A stretch of 32,000 bases of DNA from Flavobacteriaceae bacterium (GCA_965224465.1 OZ245049.1:3780001-3812000), one strand, 5' to 3'; shown: positions 8,112-16,530, counted from the first letter of the stretch. A program made the numbers and translations. The notes: generated by a model not told the origin, from the letters alone.

Positions 8112-9797
8112 ATGGAAAAAGACTTAGAACAGCTATCAAAAAAAGCACTTATAGCCCTATTACAGGAGGCTAATTCTAAGTCAGATTTACTTATCAAAAA
8201 GACAAATTCTCTTAGCTCAAAGAATGAGTTACTTAATACAAAGACAAGTTCTCTTAGCGCAAAGAATGAGTTACTTACTATAAAGACAAAAGACGTTACT
8301 TTACAAAAGGCTATCCTAGAAGCTCAATATAAAGAATTAGAGACAAAATACGGATATGGACAATTTCAATTAGAGCAATTACGTCGTATGATTTTTGGGA
8401 CAAAACGTGAGCGTTTTATAATGGCTAATAACCCTTTTCAAATGCAACTCCCTTTCGAAGTTTTAAAAGAGATGCCCCAGGAAGAAGAAGCTCCTGTAAA
8501 CATTACATATCAACGTAAAAAGGCTAAAAAAAGAACGATTGGAAGTTTAAATCTCCCCAGTCATTTACCTGTTGAAATTATTAATTTAGAGCCTAAAGAG
8601 ACTATAGAGAACCGAATAAAAATAGGTGAAGAAATTACAGATAAATTAGAACTTGTACCCACAAAGCTATACATAAAACGATATGTCAGACCAAAATACG
8701 CCTTAAAAAAGAAAGTACAAGACACATTGATTGACAATGGAAACCCTTTAGGTATTAAGACCGTTATTATGGCTGATTTACCAAGTTTTGCTATTGAAAA
8801 ATCTGTAGCATCAAACAGCCTGCTAGCACAGCTATTGATTGATAAATTCTTAGATCACTTACCGTATTATCGACAGATAGAACGTTTTAAACGAGAAGGA
8901 ATCTCTATAAGTTCATCTACAATAAATGGATGGCAAAACAGCTTAGGACACTTACTTAAGCCGCTGTATCAGGCTATGAAAAACACGGTGCTGTCACAAG
9001 GATATGTACAGGCCGATGAATCAACTATTCCAGTGCTAGACAAACAGAAAAAAGGAAAAACTCATACTGGATATCATTGGGTGTACTATTCACCCATACA
9101 AAAAATGGTATTGTTTGATTATCGTCCCTCTAGATCTAAACATGGACCTAGAGAAATGCTTAAAAACTTTAAAGGGTATTTACAAACAGATGGCTACGCT
9201 GTATATGATGAATTTGCACATAAAAAAGATGTCACTTTAGTAGGGTGTATGGCACATGCACGTCGTTATTTTGAGAAAGCACTAGACTATGACAAAGTAA
9301 AAGCGAGTCATGCGATGGTACTCATTCAACAATTATATGCCATTGAGCGACATTGTAAAAAACAGGAATTTACTCCTGAGCAACGGCATGCTTATCGCCT
9401 AGATAAAGCACAACCAATAATGGATACATTTATAAAATGGTTGATCCATAACACCCAAGGAAGCTTACCGAAAAGTCCACTAGGAAAAGCAATTACTTAT
9501 ACATTAAAACGATGGGACTACTTAAAAGCCTACCTGTATGACGGTACTTTAGAACTAGATAATAACCTAGTAGAAGGATCTATCAGAACATTAGCTATTG
9601 GACGTAAAAATTATTTATTTGCAGGTAGCCATGATGCTGCAAAAAATGCAGCGATGTTCTATTCCTTTTTTGGGACTTGTAAAAAACACCAAGTAAACCC
9701 CTATAAATGGATGAAAAAAATACTGGATATAATCCCTGATTACAATGCTCAAAAATTAAGTGAGCTATTTCCACAAAATTTAAACCTCGATCAATAA
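8112..9797 (+). CDS. tnpC: IS66-family transposase TnpC
   Basis: 561 aa with an N-terminal coiled-coil/leucine-zipper-like region. Motifs 'LPYYRQ...F.REGI.IS..T', 'QADESTIPVL', 'GYHWVY', 'LQTDGYAVY', 'CMAHARRYF', 'DNNLVEGSIR' and 'GRKNYLFAGS'. Confidence 0.9.
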   Translation: MEKDLEQLSKKALIALLQEANSKSDLLIKKTNSLSSKNELLNTKTSSLSAKNELLTIKTKDVTLQKAILEAQYKELETKYGYGQFQLEQLRRMIFGTKRERFIMANNPFQMQLPFEVLKEMPQEEEAPVNITYQRKKAKKRTIGSLNLPSHLPVEIINLEPKETIENRIKIGEEITDKLELVPTKLYIKRYVRPKYALKKKVQDTLIDNGNPLGIKTVIMADLPSFAIEKSVASNSLLAQLLIDKFLDHLPYYRQIERFKREGISISSSTINGWQNSLGHLLKPLYQAMKNTVLSQGYVQADESTIPVLDKQKKGKTHTGYHWVYYSPIQKMVLFDYRPSRSKHGPREMLKNFKGYLQTDGYAVYDEFAHKKDVTLVGCMAHARRYFEKALDYDKVKASHAMVLIQQLYAIERHCKKQEFTPEQRHAYRLDKAQPIMDTFIKWLIHNTQGSLPKSPLGKAITYTLKRWDYLKAYLYDGTLELDNNLVEGSIRTLAIGRKNYLFAGSHDAAKNAAMFYSFFGTCKKHQVNPYKWMKKILDIIPDYNAQKLSELFPQNLNLDQ

Positions 9798-9811
9798 ATC
9801 GAGGTTTTTTT
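9782..9811 (+). terminator. Hairpin plus T-run at the IS66 right end (overlaps the tnpC stop)
   Basis: AAACCTCGAT-caataa-ATCGAGGTTT followed by TTTT. The same hairpin is present in both IS66 remnants (10640s and 11390s, reverse strand). Confidence 0.5.
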
Positions 9812-9860
9812 ATGTATTTTTAATTCCTATACGTACTTCGTCGGACGGATACATCTATAT

Positions 9861-10419
9861 TGGAGAATGTCAAGAAGAAATATTTAAATATAAATACGCA
9901 ACTAAACCTAAAAAGTATGGTGATGAGAGTGTTTTTTTAATTAAAGCAAAAAATATTGACAGCATTTTAATTGTTTCGACGTATGAAAATAAAAATAATT
10001 CTTGTATTCCTTTAGGTAATTTAACTTTTTATTTAAATAATAAAAATGAAATAATAATACATGATAGAGGTTGTTTTTTTACTTTTACTAAGTTTAATAG
10101 AAAGAGTGAAATATGTAATAGTATAGGTTTACCTGGGAATAATCGAAATTATTGGAATGTTGAATGTAAGCTAAAAACAAATGAATTACATGAAGCTTAT
10201 GAAATGTTTAAACAAAAATATCCATATGCATCGAAAAACTTGAAGAGTGTATTGCCAAAACGAAACTACACCGATAATAAAAACAACATAACTTATACTG
10301 TGAAAAAAAATAATGTAATAATACAAAAATCTGATCCCTCAGGTATAATTTATATTGAATTAAAGCAACTGAATAAAAATTATCAACTAAAATATGAAAT
10401 GAAATTCCCTGAATATTAG
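9861..10419 (+). pseudogene. 3' part of the IS66-interrupted lipoprotein (immunity candidate) gene
   Basis: The frame is open from 9862 to the stop at 10419 (…IGECQEEIFKYKYATKPKKYGDESVF…KFPEY*). Joined to 7086..7333 it gives a ~270-aa lipoprotein, the same size class as the other two cassette lipoproteins. Confidence 0.7.
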
Positions 10420-10596
10420 TTAAAGTACTTTCTTAAGGCTCAACTAGCATTTAGCGTTGTTATAAAAATTTTGTCATAATCAGTTTGGATATTGTTATAT
10501 ATTTGAATTGCATTTGAACGTTTCATTGAGTACTTAAGGATAGTAACTATCCAATTTGGTTCTTTACGATATGAATCTTTAATTGTTTGCCTATTT

Positions 10597-10697
10597 GTAT
10601 CCGTCCGACGAAGCACGTATAGGAATTAAAAATACATAAAAAAACCTCGATTTATTGATCGAGGTTTAAATTTTGTAGAAATAGCTCATTTAATTTT
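10597..10697 (-). mobile_element. IS66 right-end remnant (101 bp, inverted orientation)
   Basis: Near-identical to the reverse complement of 9752..9852, including the terminal GTATCCGTCCGAC and the hairpin. Homology stops abruptly at 10697. Confidence 0.85.
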
Positions 10698-10943
10698 AGC
10701 GCAACTACACCACCTTGGATGGAGGTGGCTTTAGCAGAAGCTAAAAAAGCTAAGTTTATTAGAGAAACTTTGAGTCCAACATCTGAAATGGCTAATAAAT
10801 ACCATACTTATGTAGGGATGCCTAAAGCTACTGGTTCTACAGCTTGGAGTGCCTCTTTTGTTAATTGGTGTTTAAACGAATCTGGTCAAAAAAGTGTAAA
10901 ATCAGCCGGTTCACAAAGTATACTTTGGAATGAAGGAAAACTA
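10698..10943 (+). pseudogene. Fragment of an NlpC/P60-like (TIGR02594-like) cell-wall hydrolase toxin domain, truncated at both ends by IS debris
   Basis: 'TTPPWMEVALAEAKKAKFIRE...NKYHTYVG...TAWSASFVNWCLNESGQKSVKSAGSQSILWNEGK' follows my recollection of the PPW..A..E...E...N...WC.AFVNWCL..AG...S..A.S...WG pattern. The frame is open into the IS66 remnant on the left and runs into the IS21 end on the right. Confidence 0.4.
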
Positions 10944-11345
10944 TTTGGCTATTATGGTCGGACCATGCCACTGATTATGGTCAAACAGTGCCACTCTAAA
11001 AGATATGCAATTATAAGAAAAACATTCTTAATCTCAGTTTTGTATTCGTTTTCTTAAAGACTCACCTTGAAGGATTATTCTGTGAGATGAGTTTACGATT
11101 CTATCCAAAACAGCATCTGCAATAGTTCCTTCTCCGATAATATCATACCATCCAGAAACAGGTATTTGTGATGTTATGATGGTGGATTTATTACTGTGTC
11201 GTTCATCAATAATATCCATTAATACTTCCCTAGCATGATTGTCAAAAGACTGTAACCCGAAGTCGTCGAGTATTAATAAGTCTATTTTTATGAGTTTGTT
11301 AAGTTCTTTCAAATAGGTCCCATCGACCTTTGCTGTATCCGTCCG
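10944..11345 (-). mobile_element. istB: IS21-family right-end remnant with a C-terminal istB fragment (11034..11345)
   Basis: The minus-strand translation '...AKVDGTYLKELNKLIKIDLLILDDFG...DERHSNKSTIITSQIPVSGWYDIIGEGTIADAVLDRIVNSSHRIILQGESLRK' is the IstB Walker B through C-terminus. Downstream of its stop are repeated '..GACCATAAT..' motifs ending in ...CCATAATAGCCA, read as TGGCTATTATGG on the + strand at 10944. It is cut at 11345 by an IS66 remnant. Confidence 0.75.
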
Positions 11346-11735
11346 ACGAAGTACGTATAGGAATTAAAAATACATAAAAAAACCTCGATTTATTGATCGA
11401 GGTTTAAATTTTGTGGAAATAGCTCATTTAATTTTTGAGCATTGTAATCAGGGATTATATCCAGTACTTTTTTCATCCATTTATAGGGGTTTACTTGGTG
11501 TTTTTTACAAGTCCCAAAATAAGGAATAGAACATCGCTGCATTTTTTGCAGCATCATGGCTTCCTGCAAATAAATAATTTTTACGTCCAATAGCTAATGT
11601 TCTGATAGATCCTTCTACTAGGTTATTATCTAGTTCTAAAGTACCGTCATACAGATAGGCTTTTAAGTAGTCCCATCGTTTTAATGTATAAGTAATTGCT
11701 TTTCCTAGTGGACTTTTCGGTAAGCTTCCTTGGGT
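11346..11735 (-). mobile_element. IS66 right-end remnant (390 bp, includes the last ~110 codons of tnpC)
   Basis: Reverse complement matches ~9463..9852 of the intact IS66. ORF 11390..11590 (…FGTCKKHQVNPYKWMKKVLDIIPDYNAQKLNELFPQNLNLDQ) is the TnpC C-terminus. Confidence 0.85.
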
Positions 11736-12063
11736 CGTATCTTATAAAAGGAGACGAATTACAAGATTTTTAGGGTGAATATTCCCGTAAGCTAATCTAA
11801 AGGAGGTTTGATTAATTGCATTGAAATAGTCCTAACGGTTACGAACGCGAAGAATATCGATAATTTCGAGAGATATTTTATTCAATACACCTTCTTTTCC
11901 ACCTAAAAAAGAGTAAAATCTCAGTTTTTTTCTTTGTTATTAAAAAACGATAGAGCCCTTTGTTTTATTGATAAAATGAAGGCTTTTCCCAGTGGTGTAC
12001 TGGGCTGAATATGGATGAAATTAATATTTTTTGATTATTAAAAGGATATATGCTTTTTTTTAT

Positions 12064-12071
12064 TACATTTG
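12064..12071 (+). promoter_or_regulatory. Candidate Bacteroidetes -7 promoter element (TAnnTTTG) upstream of hcp-1
   Basis: TACATTTG lies 61 nt upstream of the ATG at 12132. No well-spaced -33 TTG was found, so support is weak. Confidence 0.25.
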
Positions 12072-12131
12072 ACATGTAAATATTTTTATATATATAAATA
12101 TCTTATTATTAATTACTAAAATTTTTTTATT

Positions 12132-12518
12132 ATGTCTTTTAAAGCAAAATTAAAAGTAGGTGGACAAGAGTACAATGTATTGTCTTGTTCTTATGAATTA
12201 CATCAAGAAACTGATGCAACTGGAAGACCATCTTCTATCACTAGAGGTGGGAAAATTAGATTAACGGTTGAGTCTACAGCAGACACAAGTTTGTCTGATT
12301 GGATGTTTAATAACTTTGAGCGTAGAGACGGTTCTATTGTTTTCTTAAAAAGAGATACCGAAGCTACTGCAAAGGAATTAAAGTTTTCTGAAGGTTATAT
12401 GGTGAAATATCTAGAGAATTTTGATTCTACAGGTAAAAATCCAATGTCAGAGTCATTTATCATTTCAGCAAAATCTGTTGCAATGGGGAATGGTGAACAT
12501 GTAAATGATTGGGTGTAA
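12132..12518 (+). CDS. tssD: Bacteroidetes-type T6SS tube protein Hcp/TssD, paralog 1
   Basis: 128 aa. 'MSFKAKL.VGG.EYNVL.CSY.L.Q..DATGRPSS...GG.I.L.VEST.DTS...WM......DG.I.F.K.D....KEL.F...Y...Y.E.F......PM...F.ISA......G.....W' matches the ~130-aa T6SSiii Hcp pattern I recall from Bacteroides and Flavobacterium. Confidence 0.85.
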   Translation: MSFKAKLKVGGQEYNVLSCSYELHQETDATGRPSSITRGGKIRLTVESTADTSLSDWMFNNFERRDGSIVFLKRDTEATAKELKFSEGYMVKYLENFDSTGKNPMSESFIISAKSVAMGNGEHVNDWV

Positions 12519-12720
12519 TACCAATTACAATCCAAAATGACCGATATAAATAGTTTATTTTACGTACTAGCGTTGTTAAAAAATAGAACGATAGCTAAGG
12601 CTATCCTTAGATTTTCCGCCTAGATAGAACATAAAATAATTCTATTTCTAAACCGTCTATTGGAAATGCATTTGGTATAATAGCGTTTTAACTATAGTAT
12701 AACATATCTATGGAAATGAA

Positions 12721-12750
12721 AAGGAAGTGTTACAAAACACTTCCTTTTTT
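12721..12750 (+). terminator. Rho-independent terminator-like hairpin between the two hcp genes
   Basis: AAGGAAGTGTT-acaa-AACACTTCCTT (11-bp perfect stem, 4-nt loop) followed by TTTT; preceded by an A-run. Confidence 0.6.
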
Positions 12751-12792
12751 GCTTTTAATTTTAATTAGTTTAATCATTATAAATACTATAAA

Positions 12793-13188
12793 ATGTCGTT
12801 TTTATCACAATTAACAATAGCCGATGATACCATGAATGTATTGCGATGTTCTTTTAACTTTGAACAAGGTGCAGATGCTGCTGGTAAACCATCACAAAGA
12901 CCAAGTGGAGGGAAACTCATAATTTTAATAGAATCTACTAGTAAAACAGATTTTTTGGAATGGATGATCTCTCCCAATATGACCAAAAATGGAGAAGTTG
13001 TTTTTTATAAAAGAGACAACATGTCTAGTTTAAAAACCATTACTTTTAAAAATGCCTATTGTTTGAGCTATCAAGAAGATTTTGATGCAGAAGGGAACCA
13101 ACCTTTAAAAACACGGATTGTTGTGTCTGCAAAAGAAATTACAGTAAAGGATACTACCTTTTTCAATAACTGGTTTGATAGAGAATAA
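12793..13188 (+). CDS. tssD: Bacteroidetes-type T6SS tube protein Hcp/TssD, paralog 2 (divergent)
   Basis: 131 aa, same architecture (MSF...NVLRCSF.F.Q..DA.GKPS....GGK....IEST....F.EWM......G.V.FYKRD......I.F.NAYC..Y.E.F......P....I.VSAKEI). About one-third identity to paralog 1 by eye. Confidence 0.8.
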   Translation: MSFLSQLTIADDTMNVLRCSFNFEQGADAAGKPSQRPSGGKLIILIESTSKTDFLEWMISPNMTKNGEVVFYKRDNMSSLKTITFKNAYCLSYQEDFDAEGNQPLKTRIVVSAKEITVKDTTFFNNWFDRE

Positions 13189-13273
13189 AAAACGGGAAAG
13201 CATCCTTGATGCAATCAGTTAAAGTGAATTTATTATTGTATTTTTTTTAGAGAACACTATTAATTTAGAAAAT

Positions 13274-15046
13274 ATGGCGCTACAAAGCAACACAACTATA
13301 ATTATTAAGAGACAAGAATTTTCAAGTTTTCAAAGCCTTAACTTACATCAGGAAATTGATGCATCCCATTTGTTAACACTTACGTTTAGAATGGACACAC
13401 TTGAAGATCTAGAAGAAGAACTTGCAACCAACAGTAAGGAGTTTTTGGGGGAAACAATTTCCTTGCAAACGATTCCTGCAAATGGTTTTGAAGACCGTTA
13501 TGGCGAATTGACGTTTAAAGGTATTATTACCGAAATAAAAATCATAAAAGGGCATGAGGTAAGTGATGGTGATAAAGTAGTTATAGTGGCAAAAAGCCCC
13601 GATTTTTTAACAAATGATGGTCCGCATTTTGCGTCTTACAACGATGTTTCCCTCTCAGAAATTATTGATAGTTCGTTTGAAGGCTATGATACTTCAAAAT
13701 TAGAAGTAGACATACGCCCTCAAAACAACCCTAGTTTGCATTATTCGGTACAGCATAACGAAAGTGCTTTTACGTATGTAAGTAGACTTGCAGCACAATA
13801 CGGAGAGTGGTTCTATTACGATGGCGCGAAATTAGTATTTGGAATGCCTGGTACCGAAGACTTAGAACTCACCTATGGATTTGATTTAGTAGAGTATCAG
13901 ATACGTTTGATACCTCAATCCAACAATTACAAAATATTTGCAAATGATTATTTAACCGATGAGGTACAAGAAAAATCAACAAGCGAAACCAATGCCGGTT
14001 TAAGAGGTTTTGGAGGCTTTGTTTCTGAAAAATCAAATGCCATCTACAGAAAAGAAACAAAAATTTGGCACAATTTATACAGCAATACAGAAGTGCAACA
14101 GCGTTTAGATACAGCGGTGGAATTGCAGAAAAAAGCGATTGATGTAAAACAAGTAAAAGTACAGGGTGTTTGTGATAATCCAGGAGTAAAAATTGGGAGA
14201 GTAGTTGTAATAGAAGGCAATAGATACAGAATTATAGAGGTTACACATAGCAATAATGAAATTGGCGATTATACAAATAAATTTGAAGGAATTACCGCAG
14301 ATATAAACGCATATCCATACACCAACATAAACGCATTTCCAAAAAGCGAAACACAGGTAGCTACCGTAAAAGAAAATGCAGATCCCGATGGATTGGGGCG
14401 CATAAGAGTGCAATTTCCATGGCAAGTGGAGTATAGCGAGTTAACCCCATGGGTGCGCATTGTAACACCACATGGAGGAGCAAATAAAGGATTCCATTTT
14501 ATACCAGAAATTGAAGAAAAAGTATTGGTGGGCTTTGAAGGGGGGAATGCAGAACATCCTTATATATTGGGGAGTTTGTACACGGGAAATGCCAAACCCG
14601 AAGCGTTTAAGACAGCAAATAACGATATAAAAGCGATAAAAACACGTAGTGGACATATTATTGAGTTTAATGATAGTGAAAATAAAGAAACAATTACTAT
14701 TAGGGATAAGAATAGCAACATGATACAGTTTAATACCAACGATAGCTCTATCCTTATTTCTGCTCCAGAAAAACTTACAATCATGTCTAAAGACCTAGAT
14801 ATAATGGTAAAAGAAAATTTTACTATTACAGTTGGAAAAGATAAAAAAGAGCAAATTTCAGGTGCTTATAAGTTGTCTGCTACTAACATTATAGAAATAG
14901 CTTCAGAAGCAATAAAAAGCAAAGCTGAAGAGATTTTAAATCAAGCAGATAAAGACATTACCATAACAAGTGTTAACGGGAATATAACTAAGCAGGCTGA
15001 AAAAAAAATAAATAATAACAGTGGTCAGCAAACGAACCTTTTTTAA
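13274..15046 (+). CDS. vgrG: T6SS spike protein VgrG/TssI
   Basis: 590 aa. gp27-like N-terminal half, and a gp5 OB-fold signature 'DPDGLGRIRVQFPWQ...TPWVRIVTPHGGANKGFHFIPEIEEKVLVGFEGGNAEHPYILGSLY'. C-terminal beta-helix-like repeats follow. Confidence 0.9.
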   Translation: MALQSNTTIIIKRQEFSSFQSLNLHQEIDASHLLTLTFRMDTLEDLEEELATNSKEFLGETISLQTIPANGFEDRYGELTFKGIITEIKIIKGHEVSDGDKVVIVAKSPDFLTNDGPHFASYNDVSLSEIIDSSFEGYDTSKLEVDIRPQNNPSLHYSVQHNESAFTYVSRLAAQYGEWFYYDGAKLVFGMPGTEDLELTYGFDLVEYQIRLIPQSNNYKIFANDYLTDEVQEKSTSETNAGLRGFGGFVSEKSNAIYRKETKIWHNLYSNTEVQQRLDTAVELQKKAIDVKQVKVQGVCDNPGVKIGRVVVIEGNRYRIIEVTHSNNEIGDYTNKFEGITADINAYPYTNINAFPKSETQVATVKENADPDGLGRIRVQFPWQVEYSELTPWVRIVTPHGGANKGFHFIPEIEEKVLVGFEGGNAEHPYILGSLYTGNAKPEAFKTANNDIKAIKTRSGHIIEFNDSENKETITIRDKNSNMIQFNTNDSSILISAPEKLTIMSKDLDIMVKENFTITVGKDKKEQISGAYKLSATNIIEIASEAIKSKAEEILNQADKDITITSVNGNITKQAEKKINNNSGQQTNLF

Positions 15047-15055
15047 ATTTTAACA

Positions 15056-15208
15056 ATGGCAAAGAAAAATCAAATACTTAAAATATCTAAAGGTACGATA
15101 CGCCTTTTAGCAAAAAAAGACGTGACTTTAAAAGCAAATAATATTCATTGTTCAGCAGGTGAAAATGTGAACGAAACAGCTAAACAAGGCGTGTTTTTTG
15201 GAAATTAA
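15056..15208 (+). CDS. Small ORF (50 aa) with VgrG-C-terminus-like beta-strand repeats
   Basis: The ATG lies 10 nt after the vgrG stop. MAKKNQILKISKGTIRLLAKKDVTLKANNIHCSAGENVNETAKQGVFFGN resembles the 'ITITSVNGNITKQAEKK' style of the VgrG tail. It is below the ORF-track length cut-off. Confidence 0.35.
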   Translation: MAKKNQILKISKGTIRLLAKKDVTLKANNIHCSAGENVNETAKQGVFFGN

Positions 15209-15216
15209 AAAGGGGA

Positions 15217-16032
15217 ATGAATACAAATACTGAAATACTACTAAATCATTTCAACCATGGTCTTACCAATGTGTATGGCGTAGAATGTTTTTTTAAAGAA
15301 AGCAAGAATTTGGTGAGTTATATAGTAGAAGTAACTTATAAAGCAGTTGAAGAAAGTGATTATTTACTGAAACTTACAAAAAAACGATGCTTTATTAATA
15401 AGTTAGAGCCTAAAAGCCAAATAGATGTGTTAGCACAAAGGTGTGCGGATGTTATATATCCTATAGTTTTTCAAATATCAGCTTTTGGTATTTTAACTAA
15501 AGAAAAAGTTGTGAATTTTGAAGAAATAAAACAGCGATGGAAAAGCACTTTAAAAGAATTAAAAAGGGAGTTTAAAGGCGACTATTGTAAACAGTATTTT
15601 GCGCAAATGGAAGCTAGTTTTAGAACAGAAGAAGTGTTTTATGAAAACATAAAAAACGATTTTTTATATGCACTCTTTTTTCTGAGTTTTCCTGCGTTAT
15701 ATTCAAAACATCAAACAAAGAAGGGGCTTGTTATAAAACTACCTGTTGTGGCTTATAACGATCCCGTATCTTTTGTAGGGACGCAAAAAAGTGTGTTTAC
15801 AAACAAAAAAGTATATGAACTTTATTTTAAAGGTATTGATTATGAGAATAACACCTTGGAAATAGAGCAATTAATTGATAGAGAAAGTTTTGTACTTGCT
15901 AAAGTAAAAGCAATTTATAATGCATTAAAAGAAGATGGTATTACTATTACTATAACCATGTTAAAAGAACGACAAATAAGAGAAGTCTTAAAAGAAAAGA
16001 AAAAAAATTGGTTTAATATTTTTAAAAAATAA
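15217..16032 (+). CDS. Hypothetical protein (271 aa) between vgrG and the PAAR-like gene; possible adaptor or chaperone
   Basis: Tightly packed in the operon (8 nt after the small ORF, 4 nt before the next gene). No signal peptide and no motif I recognise. Confidence 0.6.
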   Translation: MNTNTEILLNHFNHGLTNVYGVECFFKESKNLVSYIVEVTYKAVEESDYLLKLTKKRCFINKLEPKSQIDVLAQRCADVIYPIVFQISAFGILTKEKVVNFEEIKQRWKSTLKELKREFKGDYCKQYFAQMEASFRTEEVFYENIKNDFLYALFFLSFPALYSKHQTKKGLVIKLPVVAYNDPVSFVGTQKSVFTNKKVYELYFKGIDYENNTLEIEQLIDRESFVLAKVKAIYNALKEDGITITITMLKERQIREVLKEKKKNWFNIFKK

Positions 16033-16036
16033 GTGT

Positions 16037-16522
16037 ATGAGCGATGTTGCTATAGTGTGTCAAGGTGCTATGTGTAAATGTAAATATGGTTTTACACCAG
16101 ACACCTTTAAAATTGTAAGCACCCATAAAGAATACGTAAACGAGTCTAATGGCTCATCTAAAATGATTGCGACTACCTTGGATATTGGGCAACCTTTCCA
16201 AGCCAAAACTTTTGGGCAATGTAAATTACAACCTTCATCAAGTGGGTATTTACCATGCGTACCCGCCATAACACAATGGCAAGATTTTTATAAAAAAGTT
16301 ACGATAAGTAACAATGGTAAAATTTTAACAGAAGATAGCAAAGCAATATGTGCTATTGCAGGTAGCCCATGTGTTGAGTTTACTTGGCACGGGCAAATTG
16401 GTGCGCCAAGTCAATCACAAGCAGCAGAAGCAGACAATCAGGTGCATAGTCAGATAAACCCGTTAGCGAGTCCTAAAGGGGCAAAAGAAGAACCTGTTAA
16501 TCATATATTAACCATTAATTAA
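16037..16522 (+). CDS. DUF4280 (PAAR-like) domain protein
   Basis: 'VCQGAMCKCKYGFTPDTFKIV...ATTLDIGQPFQAKTFGQCKL....LPCVPAITQWQ...ILTEDSKAICAIAGSPCVEFTWHGQ' follows the DUF4280 pattern C.C..G..P..L.V...D...FG.C...PC.P....W...L...S...C..G.....GQ. A ~40-aa polar C-terminal tail follows. Confidence 0.75.
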   Translation: MSDVAIVCQGAMCKCKYGFTPDTFKIVSTHKEYVNESNGSSKMIATTLDIGQPFQAKTFGQCKLQPSSSGYLPCVPAITQWQDFYKKVTISNNGKILTEDSKAICAIAGSPCVEFTWHGQIGAPSQSQAAEADNQVHSQINPLASPKGAKEEPVNHILTIN

Positions 16523-16530
16523 AAAAGACG

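Larger units (their letters stand above)
7334..9852 (+). mobile_element. Complete IS66-family insertion sequence (2519 bp)
   Basis: Terminal inverted repeats GTATCCGTCCGAC (7334..7346) and GTCGGACGGATAC (9840..9852). A perfect 8-bp target duplication ATCTATAT (7326..7333 and 9853..9860) is present, typical of IS66. Three-ORF tnpA/tnpB/tnpC organisation. Confidence 0.9.

Noticed and set aside
10719-11057. 112-aa ORF listed as a possible intact gene
   Set aside because: It is a chimeric reading frame. The first ~75 aa are an NlpC/P60-like fragment; the rest (…GYYGRTMPLIMVKQCHSKRY…) is read-through into IS21 terminal-repeat DNA.
11390-11590. 66-aa minus-strand ORF
   Set aside because: It is the C-terminal tail of an IS66 TnpC within a 390-bp IS remnant, not a functional gene.
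11736-12131. ~400-bp non-coding gap upstream of hcp-1, examined for invertible-promoter inverted repeats or small RNAs
   Set aside because: I found only short (6-bp) inverted repeats and a lone TAnnTTTG match. Nothing is strong enough to call beyond a weak promoter candidate.
13869-14784. Cluster of six 63-106-aa minus-strand ORFs inside vgrG
   Set aside because: All are antisense to a very confidently identified VgrG coding region. They are Cys/Phe/Ile-rich nonsense translations typical of AT-rich shadow frames.
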